NCBI RefSeq assembly: GCF_009914755.1
Contig: NC_060926.1
Source of the DNA: the human T2T-CHM13v2.0 reference genome, Homo sapiens
DNA: 64,000 nt
Reading direction: 5' to 3' (one strand)
Shown here one piece after another: positions 1 to 18,093 of this stretch (within the stretch, counting starts at the first letter, position 1; each line of letters opens with the position of its first letter). A model generated the notes under the pieces. That model was not told the DNA's origin. It made no database searches and worked only from the letters and a program-made list of their open reading frames with translations. The translations under genes were made by a program, and so were the position numbers.

Positions 1-143
<143 letters not shown>

Positions 144-707
144 TCAGGCTATTAATTCTATTTACCACCGAAATAGGCAAAACAAACACAACGTAACTGC
201 ATATTTTCTTTTTAAAGAAATGTGCAGACAATAAAAATGGTTCACAGCCTCGGGTCAAACAAAATGCAGGCCACGTGAGAAAAGTGAGCAACCATGATCG
301 GTTAGGAAGAGCTAATTAGGAAGCGCTTTTTCTTAAAACATGTGCCGAACTCCATGGAGGTTTCTTATTTCTAAATAAAATACATTATGTCAATCTTGTT
401 AGACCTTGCTAGTAGTTCTTATTGGCACAAATTATTGTTAGGGAAGTATATTTAGAGTATACAAAATATCAAATTTACTCACAAAAAATGCAAATTAAAA
501 GTAAGCAAGAAATAATATTTTTCAAATTTAAATCCAGAAAAAAGTCCATACAATTATGAATGTGTTTCATGTGTGAGTTTGTGTGGAAACAGAACTCTCC
601 CATGCTGGCAGTGGGAGCACACCCTGGCCCAGCCCACCTGCAGGGACGTGGCCGTGCATACTGACACTGAAGATGTGCACACTCTATTGCCCAGAAATGA
701 CCCTGCC

Positions 708-3058
<2,351 letters not shown>

Positions 3059-3142
3059 ATATATATATTCTGCTAGAAACTTAATCCATAGATATTTTTA
3101 CAAGCACATAAAATGTCATATGTCCAAATAAATTTTTGTTTG

Positions 3143-3440
3143 GGTCAGACGTGGTGGCTCATGCCTGTAATCCCAGCACTTTGAGAGGCTGAGGTGGGCA
3201 ATCGCCTGATGTCAGGAATTCGAGACCAGCCTGGCCAACATGGCGAAACCCTGCCTCTACTAAAAATACAAAAATTAGCCAGTATGGTGGTGCACACCTG
3301 TAGTCCCAGCTACTCGGCAGGTTGAGGCAGGAGAATCACTTGAACCAGGGAGTCAGAGGTTGCAGTGAGCTGAGATCTTACCACTGCACTCCAGCCTGGG
3401 CAACAGCGAGACTCTGTCTAAATAAATAAATAAATAAATA
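3143..3440 (+). mobile_element. Alu (AluS-like)
   Basis: Full dimer, (AAAT)n tail, TSD-like aaataa(a)tttttgtttg on both sides. Confidence 0.93.
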
Positions 3441-3476
3441 ATTTTTGTTTGTTTTCCTTTTGCCCTGTTGTTTCTT

Positions 3477-3784
3477 CAGGTCAACCATCCTTATCTGCCA
3501 TGCTAAAATTCAGAAAGCTCCAAAAATCATTATTTTTTCATAACTTATTTGTTTGCAAAACTGGATCTAGCTAGCATAAGACTACCTATAGTCTTTATGC
3601 TACTTTCTGTGAATATCCATACAGTTTGCTATAGGATATTAATACATTGATTACAGGGCTCTGCTGACAGTCTAAACTGGTATGTGGATTTTACACTATG
3701 CTACCCTTCTGAAAATTTCCCCAAGTTTCTGGATATCAAAAGACATCTGGCCCAAAGGCTTTTGAATAAATAACACACAACTGT
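3477..3784. mobile_element. TcMar-Tigger non-autonomous element (Tigger4/MER46-like)
   Basis: Ends caggtcaaccatccttatctg... and ...catctggcccaaaggcttttgaataa...caactg resemble Tigger4-family TIRs (from recall). Confidence 0.55.
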
Positions 3785-5342
3785 GATAGCTAAAGATTTG
3801 GAAAAAAATCTAAACTCACTCCAAAAGAGAACTTGTTAAATAAATTATGGTGCATTTAGATCATGGAATTCTATGCAGCTATACAAAGAAAGAGAGTAAG
3901 AAACCTCATGTATTAAAAGTGAAAGACTAGAAAGATTTCTAAGATATCATCTAAGAAAAATCACTTGCCTCAAATATGCTTACATTTTTTTGTATATAGA
4001 TAGGAAAGAAACTACTAAGCATTTTGGGAAGAGGGGAAGGGAATAGGAGTTGAGCGGATGACGAAAAGAGCCAGGAGGAAGACTTTCTACCTTTTTTATA
4101 TATGTTAATATGTAAGCTGTGTTAATCAAATATTTAAGTATAAATTATAAAAAATACAGAAATGACATTTAATATTAGTATTTCTATCAGAATAACAAAC
4201 TGGAAACCATGAAGCTACTCACAGAAGTACGAACACCAAAGTCAAAGTCGGCCTTGAGGGCATCTGCAGACCCTTATAACTTAAATTTAGCCTTAAGAGC
4301 CTCATGTGATACAGAAGACAAGACACAGATCAACACAGGCCCATGAAGAGAAGTCCACCAGAAAACTGAACAGCAGCTGCATCCCCACAGTGCTGTGCCC
4401 TCGGCATGAGAAAGAACTAACTTCAAAACCTGCCTGCCCCACCCAGGGAACAGTGCCCAGTAGAAGAGAGAAATAAATCTCATTTAAGTGTTGTTCACCA
4501 AAATCCGGTCCTCACGTGAACTTGCTGCCCAACTCCCCCCACATCAGGCAGAAGGAAGGTGATCCCCGACAGAAGAGCTGAGATAAACAAAGGAAGGACA
4601 AAGGAAGTGGGAACCACATGGATGCATCCAGACAAACACTGGGAGAACAAAATAATAATGTTTATAGGTTTAAAAAAAAAACAGAACCAAGCACATCAAC
4701 TCAGAGGGATGAACGCACGTTAGAGGGGAAGGTTATACTAACTTTAGGCTTTGGCAATTTAAGAATGCATTTAAAATTTTCTAGGCTAACCATTAAAAGA
4801 ACAGAAATGGGCACATAGTGTCCAAACAAGTAGTGGGGAGCAAATATGAAAAATAATTATTTCCAACTAAAGCAAGAAACATAGAAAAGTTTGGACAAAC
4901 AGTTCAGAATAAGAGCTAGAATTTATAAATCTCATATTGTTAACTACAATAAACATATTTAAATGGATTAACTTTAAGAAAAACTTAGGATTTTTTTTTT
5001 AAATTTCTAGCTCTATGTTATTTATATTAAACATCTCAAATATATGCACATGGAAAGGCTCGGAGAAAAATGGTGGGAAAAGACACACCTGCCAATACGA
5101 ATCAAGTAGAAGCTGCTGTATTTATCTTACAACAAATTTACCTTGAAGCAAAAAGCACTGATAGAGATAGAAGTGTTACTGATCAAAAATGTAATTCATC
5201 AGAAAGATAAAAATTGCAAACTTTTTATATGCTCCTAATCACAGAGCTTCAGGATACTGGGTGCGATATGCCCCTTTGTGTCTCACAGAGACCTACACGT
5301 CACTCTATTCCTATTACTATATATTATTACCATAGTCCGTGA

Positions 5343-5680
5343 CAGCAGTTGGCCATTTTTTTCTGTAAAGGGCCAGATTGGTCCTGTTTTAAGTTTTGAA
5401 GGCCACACAGGTTTTGTTGCTACTACTCAACTCTGCCATGGTAGCATACAAGCAGCCATAGACATTGTGCAGAAGAATGGGTGTGGTCATGCTCCAAGAA
5501 AACTTAATCATAGACAATGACGCCTGAATTTCCTCTAGCTGTCATGTGGTCATAAGATATTGTTCTTCTTTTAAAAGTTTTGATCATTTAAAATTGTAGA
5601 AAAGTATTCTCAGTTCATAGACCTTAGGAAAAACAGGCAGTAGGCAGGTGTGGACTGCAGGCTGCAGTGTGTCAGCCTAG
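5343..5680 (+). mobile_element. MER58B-like hAT-Charlie DNA transposon
   Basis: ttttctgtaaagggccagat...ctactcaactctgccat...gcagccatagaca diagnostic stretches. Confidence 0.75.
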
Positions 5681-7128
5681 GCTTCTGGGCTTCTCAGGGC
5701 TGGTTCCCCCATGCTGCAGTGACTCCCTGTGCACCGGATGGCGGGAGACTCTTCATGTGTATCTGAGGGAGCTACACCCACATGCTCAGACTAGTATACT
5801 AAATAGGGCTGCTGTTCCTGAGAAAGACACAACAATTCAGATCAAAAGGAGTGAAATTTGGAACTCTCAAGCCATAAAGAGCTGGCTAAATATTCCTGTC
5901 TAGGAATCAATCAACCTATGAACATAGTAACTCTCCTAAGTAGTTCATTACTCATAATCCATAGTTATTCTCCTTTGTCTATAACATATACTTAACAGTA
6001 CTACATAACTTTTTCTCCCTATTTTGTGGATTTTTTAATTCCTTAAAAATACAGCCCATGCTCCTTCTATGAGCAGCGGCTGTGTCTTAACTTCTCTGCA
6101 CAGGCCCACAGCATTCTGAATTTGGAAAGATGCTAAATGTCTTGTGCTAAACATGTGGAACGTTGTTTGATTAAGGGCTTTGATTCAGCAGTACTATATC
6201 CTTGGGCTTTCCTTTGAATGGAAATGTGATAGCCAGGAATTCTCAGTCACTGATAACTGTTGATTGTGTCTATGCTGGGATGTACTAGGTGCTGCAGAGA
6301 CCAGGCCAATTAAGGAGCTGGGATTTAAACAAGAAACACCAAAACCACTTACATTGCCAAACAAAAGGTTTTATAACCATAATGGCCTGAAATACAAAAT
6401 ACCAGGGAAGCAGCAACCCTGGCATGATTTGTGGCTGAAGCTAAAGGCAGCCAGAAGGTTTCAGAGAGGAAGTTACACCTGCAGCCTCCCTGGGTAAGGG
6501 CTCCGACTCTACCGGCTTCTGCACAGGACGACAGGCAGACCCGTCCAGAGGCATGAACTGATCTGTATCATTTCCCAGAGCCATGGTGGGTACACCCAAT
6601 GCCTCAATCCGCTGTTCTTCAAGGGCCCAGCTCCTCTTCTGAGCAATGGCCATGGATAACACAGGTGGATCAGAGCAGAGTTTGCAACCTGATGGGGCCC
6701 AGATGGATGAGAGGCCACAGCTGGACTTGATGCGGCTGAGACAGTTTTTAAATGTTTTAAATTTAGGTGCCATTATCTTAAACATGAAAATATTGGATAA
6801 AAATCTAGATTTGTGGTTTCTTTTACATAATCCAAGCCCTTAGCAAAATAGAGACCTCGTTACCACATGGCAACAGCTGGCTGTGGCTGAGTAGCTGTCC
6901 CTTCAGATGGCGCCTGGGGGGTGGGGTCGGTGGGTCAGGGTGTGGCAAGGCCCTCTCTCAATGGGCTGGGCTCACAGCATGGACTGCCCCGGCTGTGTGG
7001 ACTATGAGTGTGTCCCCAGATGAGGGGCTAACTGGGGACCACAGCACCGCTCATGGATCATCTACGACCCTGCGCTTAGAAAGCTTTCTGAGCCAACCCT
7101 GGTACTGGAGCTTCAACTTCAGACTTCA

Positions 7129-7449
<321 letters not shown>

Positions 7450-7794
7450 TCACCCATCCCCAGCACAGGGGTTTCCAGCCCTGCAGCAGGCACAACTTGT
7501 GCGAGGAACAGCTCACCTTCCAGGGTCTCCTCCTTCCTGGCAGCCCTGACCTAACAGGCAATTCTGAAAAGGGGACCGTGTATTTGCACATCTCATTCAC
7601 TCAGGTACTTATCCTTAGTATTCACGTGTTCAATCTATCTACATGTTTTAAAGTGTTTCTAATTCCAAAGGAGAAAGCAATGAACAAAACGGAAAAAATT
7701 CCAAGGAAACATTTTCTTTCGTTTCTGGTGAATTAACTAAAAAGGGTAGAAACATTTTTACATTACTAAAAGCCAGAGATGTATCTATGTGTAT

Positions 7795-7945
7795 TTTATT
7801 TTTTTATTTTAGAGACAGAGTCTCACTCTGCAGCCCAGGCTGGAGCGCAGCGGTATAACCATTGCTCACTGCAGCCTCAGCTTCCTGGGCTTAAGCGCTC
7901 CTCCTGCCTCGGGCTCCGAAAGTGCTGGGATTGCAGGTGTGCGCC
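7795..7945 (-). mobile_element. Alu monomer (FLAM/AluJ-type)
   Basis: Single Alu arm in reverse, gagacagagtctcactctg...aaagtgctgggattgcagg. Confidence 0.8.
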
Positions 7946-10508
7946 AGACCTCTCTATCTGTATTTTAACAAACAGTGCCTGCAAGCTGCTGGTTGGCCTC
8001 CCTCTGGGATCTGGGAGGAACCTGTGGCACTGCACCACGAAGAGGCCAGGACACAGGTGACCCCACCTTTGCATGGCTTGGCCAGTCCTCGGGCAGCAAG
8101 GACCTCCCCTGGGGCCATGCTGCATCACACACACTTCGGGCAGCCAAGAAAAGCTGCAACCTTTACCCCAACGCTCAGTCCTGCCGCCTCTCACCCTCAC
8201 CCCACCTGTAACTTCACTTTAGTTCCCTTTATGCAGAAGCAGGTGAAGAGGAGAGAGGTGACATTGGATGCCACTGAGATCCCAGTCTATGGCAAGTGTG
8301 AGGACAGAGTAAGAACAGCCAGGCACGGAGCCCTCTGAGAATGCAGACGGGCCTACAGAGAACTCCTACTTGCAGATCACCAAGACAGACAAGACCTCTG
8401 TGAAACAGAAACCCACTTCCTCAGTGCACGAGATTCATCACCTTCCACGCGAGTTTCCTAAGGAGCCTGTGCAGCCTGGACCAAGCTGGGTCGCTCATGC
8501 AGGAGGAGCAGCACCAGCACTGTGCAAAAGCACTTCCCCATGACCGCCCTCAGAAACCTGCCAGCGCGCAGCCAAACCGTCGGGAACACTCGAAAGACCA
8601 ACGCCCACCTTCTCCCAAATCTTCCTCATGCTCTCCTCGCCTGGCACCAATCCCCCAACTTGCAATCTGTCCTTACCCACAGGGATTGCTGGATGGAAGC
8701 AATGTCAGCTTAGGCCCCATAAACAAGACTCTCTCTGATGTGGCCCAATCCCCCCCACCAGAAACACGGCGAGCCAGCAGGTGAGGGTGGCCTGCAGGTG
8801 ACTCTGGATGTTAGGTAAGGCCAGCCGGCAGGTGAGACTCGAGCTGGTGGAGGGCAGAGCCCAGCACAGGTCACCAGGCCTCAGGGCTTTGGCTCTAGCT
8901 CTGCCATATTTAGCTGTGAGATTTCAACTGCGGGCATCAATTTTTTCGTATATAAAATGTAGGTGTGATGGACTGGGGCCAAATTTATGCTTCCCTGACT
9001 TTTAAATGCACACAACATAATACTGCAGAATTCCTCCAGTGTTCTCTGGATTTTAAATCTCATCAACTTGGGAGCCATCCAAGACAAAAGCTGTGAAGAG
9101 AGTGACTGCACCTTACAGGCTCCTTGTCCGGCACTGCAGCCAAGGTCAATATGACTTTTCAGTCATGAGGATAACAAAATCTAGAGCTGGAACAAACCTC
9201 CCATGTCCTCTTCAGCATGAACACATCTTCCCATTCTGTTCCTGACCACTGGGGATGGCCAGCTCCCTGCTCCTGTCCATCTCTTCTATAAACACCACCT
9301 TGCCCGAGAGCCAAGCCCAGCCCGGTTTGCCTCTGGAGTCTGGAACAATGACTCAGTTTGTGCCTCATCACAGTTTGAGCCCGAGTATCAAACAATGACT
9401 CAGTTTGAGCCCGAGTATCACAGGGCTCACATCTCAGACGCATCCCTCTTGCTGCCTCATGACTAAACATGGCCAGAGAGGAGCAGCGCAGGAGTGCTGG
9501 GGCTGGGCCGGCAGGAGGAGCTCCTTCAGAAGCTGTCCTCACGCAGGCAGATGGGAGAAGGTAGGACATGGTGGCTTTACTTCAGGATTTTCTTTTAAGG
9601 ATTCCTTTCAAAAGGTCACTTTGAAAGTGCTCCACTCCAACTTAGGACCCTCAGTGATTTGGCCCCAGGTGCCTTCCGGCAATCTGACCTCATTCCCACC
9701 TAGGCCTCTCTGCCCCTGCACCCGGGTCCTGCCCCACCCACCCCCCTTGCACGCCTTTCACCTCCTCCCATCTCTCCCCCTAGACTCCATCACTCCTTAA
9801 CCAACACAGCCCCAGCTCACAAACCCCAGCAGGGCAGGGGTGCTCCCCACACCTGGCTCACAGGTGGGGCTCGCTGCCAGGACGCATGTAATGGTCAGCG
9901 GTAGGACTTCCCTCCGTCACCCTGACAGCCGCAGCCAGGGCCGTCTTAGCCTTAACAGGTCCACAGCATGTTTGTGGACACAAGAGAAGACTTCCTTTGT
10001 TTGGGAGACAAGTTAGATCCACACGGGAGCTGAGCGAACCTGTGTCAGCAGCTGCATGGCGCTCCAGGCTCCTGAGGACGCCGTCCCAGCAGAGGTCAGG
10101 GCCCCTCCCGCACCCACTCAGGTTGGTCACAATGCCCCAGGTCAAGGCTGCCAACAACAGTGACCAGAGCAAACAGGCTGCTGCCAGACGTCAGCAGGCA
10201 GGGAGAGAACAACCAGCATGCTCTCCCTCCCTCCCACCGGGAAGGGCCGCAGTGACGCGTTGCCCAGCCAGGGCACCCCTGTGCTGCCCAGGAGAGAGTG
10301 GGGAAGGGGCCCCAGCCTGGCAGAAACGTCGTCACACCCCCTGCCATGTAAGACCGGAAAAGGAGCAGAAATAGTTTCTCCTTTGTACTTTTCCCTACGT
10401 GGAGGAGGAAAAGTGGACGTGGGCCTTGGTGGGGAGTGAGGTGTGGTTTGGGTGTCTGAGTGTAACTCCGAGAGATGCACAGGGGCATTTCTGTTTGGCC
10501 CCAACTCA

Positions 10509-10661
<153 letters not shown>

Positions 10662-12657
10662 CTAAACCATGACATGAAAATAAATGACAACACACGCTGA
10701 GTTCTCTGTGTCCAAAAGGAAACCACAGATGCCCAAAGGTGTAATTCAGCCACAAACATCCCCCACAAAAGTGCCAGACTGGCTTCTCTACAGCCCCGTC
10801 TATGGTGCGGATCTACATGATGTCTATGCCTCAGGGTGCCATGTTCTGAGCACCCTAGAGACAGGCTGGCTCAGAGTTGGGCAGACAGCCCCAAATGACA
10901 GCCTTCGGCGTCCCCTCGAGGCCCTCTGGGAAAGCCAAACACCTGTGCGGAGTGGATACGCCACGGGTCGCTATTTTCACTGAAGAAAAGACAAAAAATA
11001 GTACTCTGTAGCTAAAGCGTCCCTGAAAGAATAAGCCTCTAAAAGCACAGGCAGGTGGCAGACACCACAGCTGGAGCAACTCCCAGCCTCCCTCCTCCAC
11101 AGCTGCCCCGCCCTTCACCCTCCACCCTGGGCAAGGGGAGAATGGCCTCTCCTGCCTCCTGCGTGCCCGTGACTCCACATGGCTTCCGAGGGCCATCCAA
11201 GGGCCACCCGAGGGCTGACGGCTCCCAGGCCTTCCTCGAGGGCTGACGGCTCCCAGGCTCCCGTCCCTGGTGGCTGCTCCGGAGCTCCAGGCCCACACAG
11301 GGAGCGGCCTTCTCTAAGGCTCCCCTCAGCAGCCATGAGGGAACCACACCAAGGGCAGGCCTAGGCTTCCATCTCTGCCTCGTCACCTCAGTGTGCGAAT
11401 CTGTCTCCATGTACATTCTGTGAGCATCACGAGAAGAAAAACACAACCACACACAGGTGTGTACAAGTGAGTGCCTGCAGTGGGGCGGACACAAGCACGG
11501 GTACGAGTGTGTGTGTGTGTGCAGCGGAGACGGCTCTGCTCAGTGCTGCCATTCTGCCCGGCAACCAAAACCAAGGCCCTCGACCCAACTTGGGGCTGTC
11601 AGCAAGGGCTCCTCCAGGATTGCCTCCTTCCGTCTCCCCAGCATTGCACAGCCCGGGTCAGGAGGCTGGGGCGGCTCTGCCCAGCCCTCCCTGTGCTCCC
11701 GTCACTCTGGGAACCGTGCCTCCTCTTCTCTCTCCTCTGCAGCACTAGAGCCCTTGGCTTCACAGAGGTTCTCACCACTCAGGCCTTACCCGGCCTCCCT
11801 GCCTCCCTCACACACTCCCCGATTCCCTCTCCCGAGGGCTGCCAGAAAGCTCCTTCTAGAATATAAACATCATCCCAACGTTCCGTAAACCCTCCCATGG
11901 CTCCCCATCACCACAAAATCAAAATAAGCTTTCGCTGCTTTCTTCATTATTTAGGCTGCACAACCCTGCAGACACCCTAAAACCCACCTAACTGTACACC
12001 TGAACGGGGTGAATTGTCTGGCACGGGAACAATGCCTCGATAAAGCTATTATAAAAAACAAGAATAATCACTGACAGCCAAATTGGAGTAAGGAGTAAAA
12101 GTATGACAAAGTCTCCAAGGGCACAACCTCAGCACTGTGATTACGGAAGGCCATGAGTCGGTTTCTTGGAAAACCATCTGGAATGAACACCCATAGGAGC
12201 ATCAGCGAAAACGACAGGGCCTCGGCTGATTCACAGGTTCTCGCACAGCTCAGCAGAGCTGCCAAGCTGGGCAACACAGGTCCCTGGGCCCCCCTGAGCA
12301 CCGAGGGCCCTCCCTTCAGGGACGCAGGTGGGGCAGCTCCTTCCACTGAGGGCCGTTTCTGGGAGCTGTTGACAGCCAGTGCCCTGCGGAGCTGAGGGCG
12401 GAGTCTGGGTCCGGGGTGGGGAAGCAGCGCAGGCAGGCGGCTGCACAGGGGTCTGGGCCTCTCTTGCTCCCCAGGCTAGAAACCTGAGTGGTGCAGTACC
12501 CCCAGCCACCAGGCCGGCGCTCAGTTCTAACTGCCCCTGACATAGCTCCAGCAAGAACTGAGCTAGAAGAAACTTAAAAAAAAAAACTGTGTATTTTTGT
12601 CGTATTACAAAACCATCACACAGGGAGATCCTTTCACCTTACCAAAATAAACAGCCG

Positions 12658-14363
<1,706 letters not shown>

Positions 14364-14639
14364 TCAGGGAGTGATGTCGAGACACACACATCACCAGGAA
14401 GAGCCCAGGGGTGCACAGTGCCCCTCAAGGCACTAACCGTAGAGGCGTGAGTAGCATAGGGCTTGTGCACACCCAGGCATCGGGTGTCGAGCTCAAGGCG
14501 AGGGAGTGTGCCAGCGGCACAGGTCAGGGAAGTTTGTGAAGGAGACCAGGTGGGAGCCACTCACAGAAATCAGTAACATGAAAACCACAGCCACAAAACC
14601 ACCACTGTCACTCAACGCCCATCATCACGGGCAGGACAG

Positions 14640-15268
14640 TTCTACATCATCTCCCTCCGGCCTGAGGCTTCCCAGGCAGTGTGGGAAGGGGGGCTGCATC
14701 TCCTGGCTGGGGTTCACACCTAAGTTTCCTGAGGTCCAAGCTGACCTGGAAAGTTTCTAGTGAGTGGCACATCCTGTCCCAACAAGGGGAACACGGGCAG
14801 GATGTGCCTGCACCCTGGGAAAAGTGTTGTCTCCGCACACGGGGAAGAAGTTGTCTGGGGGACAGAGGAGTTCCAGGTAGCAAACACAGGCTACAGGGCA
14901 AGGGTTGGAAGAGGCTGGCAGCTGGATGTGAGACAGCCAGGTGGGAAGGGGTCCCCAGGCCCCTCCAGCCGGCCTGTGCACTGGGAGGGGTGCACACTGG
15001 GGTGGAGCCCACAGAGGTTTGTGCCATTTGCGGCGGGGAGAAGCCTGGCCCTCCTCTTCCTGGGTGGAATTCAATCTGTGAGGCAGGAAGCCCATGGCAG
15101 GAAACACACTATCTTGCTTTGCTGAGGGTCTCTATTTCCCTTTTTTTTTTCCTTTTTGCCCAATAAATCCCATTTTTCTCACTCTTCAAATAGTCTGCGA
15201 GCCTAAATTTTTGTGGCCATGTAACAAGGACCCCATCTTTCGCTGAACTAGGGAAAAGTCCTGCAACA
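14640..15268 (+). mobile_element. ERV1-class solo LTR (MER50/MER4-group-like); 5' boundary uncertain
   Basis: AATAAA near 15162 and typical U5 end caaggaccccatctttcgctgaactagggaaaagtcctgcaaca. Confidence 0.6.
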
Positions 15269-16475
15269 GACGTGCTCACTATTAACCCTCAATGAGGTGG
15301 CCCCAGGGCACCCCCGAGATGGGGATGGGATCCCGAGAGGTGCTCACCAGGGCGGCAGCGTGAGGGCATCTCTAGGGGCCGACGCTGGCTCCAGGAGGGG
15401 AAGGGGAGGCTACACCTCCCATCCGAGGTTCTCCCAGACATGAGCCCAGAGGCGACAGGAACACAGAACTGGCCTCACGACCAGAATCACCCTTTCCCCC
15501 GTGAGCAGGTGCACAGCTCTCAGGTGAGGAGGCTGTGAGGGGGACAGTGTCAGCCACGTGCCCAGGGTACCCAACCTGTGCCCACAGCTGAAGGTCAGTA
15601 CAGGACCACAGGCACATGCAAGACCCAGATGGTCATAGTCAGGTATGTGGCATCTGGCCAGTCGGTCCTGGTGGAGCGAGCTGCTCAGGGCACCCAAGGA
15701 AGCATAGGACCCCCAACCTTCATCTGCTCTGAAGCAGAGAGGGCTATTCAGGAGGTCTAGAGAGGTGGGGCAGCTGGCGTGGCCTCCTCCGCCTGGGGCC
15801 CCTCAGGGATGTGAGGTTAGAGACTGCTCCGAGCAGACAGCAGCCAGGACACAGCGTGCTCTCTTGATGCAGCTCTGTAAATCTATCACAGAATCTCAAT
15901 CTGGGGTTGTAGTGTTTGAGCAACTTTAGTAAAGTGAGCAAACAGGAGAGGGGGACCTTGCCAGACACCCAGAGAGAGGCTGAGAACAGAGAGAAGGCAG
16001 CTGTCAGCATAATCCAGGCTGTTACCAGTCTGCCCTAAACTTGTCTTGGCTACTTTCTAGAGCATTTATCTGGTGATTTCTTTCTCCTCTCTGTTATCTA
16101 TCAAATATGGAAGTATTCATCCCATCTTCCTACCCAGGATGTAGTTTTTAGTTTGGCTTGTGGTATTTTTATCCTAAAGGAAAAAAAAAATCACATATAG
16201 TTCTGAAGGTCTATGTTTTACTCCACTTTATTTCACTGAAGAGATAAAACAAATCACATAAGACCACTCTGGAGTTAGGCTTGTCTCTTGGCATTTTCTG
16301 TTTCTTTCTAGGTCTAGTTTACTGAATACACTCAGTAATATCTAACCGAAACTAACGGTTTCAAGACCATGAAGGAAAACACAAAATGAATGTCACAACT
16401 TTCTCCACCAGTCCTAAAATGCCTTAATTATAAGAAATAGCTCAGTATAAGCAAAAAGTATATTTGGAAGCCTTA

Positions 16476-16914
<439 letters not shown>

Positions 16915-16930
16915 TTAAATCGTCTTTAAT

Positions 16931-17285
<355 letters not shown>

Positions 17286-17301
17286 TTAACTACTTGCCAC
17301 A

Positions 17302-17447
17302 TTGTCTGAGCCACATGTTTTTCATTTTGCTCTCTAATGGATTCAATCCACCCTCCATATATTCTCATTCTTTCTTGTCTGAGCCACATGTTTTTCATTT
17401 TGCTCTCTAATGGATTCAATCCACCCTCCATATATTCTCATTCTTTC
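17302..17447. repeat. Perfect 73-bp tandem duplication
   Basis: ttgtctgagccacatg...tattctcattctttc at 17302-17374 and 17375-17447. Confidence 0.95.
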
Positions 17448-17558
17448 AGAATCAGATTGTTATCAACATTTCACAATACTTGAAAAAGAACCAGGTGAAT
17501 AGATAACAGAGAGAAAGAAGGCTTTGCAGCAAAGAAAACACAAAAGGTTTTATACTCA

Positions 17559-17705
<147 letters not shown>

Positions 17706-17982
17706 TCAAATATATATCAGCTTTAAAAAAATCTCAGTGATTACATTTATTTAATACAAATGAATCTGAAAACAAAAGAAATGGTTTTTTTTTCCTGTTT
17801 TATCAACACTCTCAATTAAAGAGAAAATTATAAGTCCTATTTCCAAATTGTTAGACTAGAAATATGGATTTTATATTGAAACAGTTTTCAGGTGTTTGGT
17901 AGATATTGACCTTAATCTAACCAAGCCAGTGACTGAGGCTTGGGCTCTGTGAATGGAAAGGCAAGGAACAACACACAACTCA

Positions 17983-18093
<111 letters not shown>

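Noticed and set aside
4700-5260. Very old L1M and MIR fragments (also near 3790-3960, 11990-12060, 23030-23150, 30320-30520, 32440-32540, 42260-42340, 63550-64000)
   Set aside because: Probably real, but too decayed for me to assign boundaries or families with confidence.
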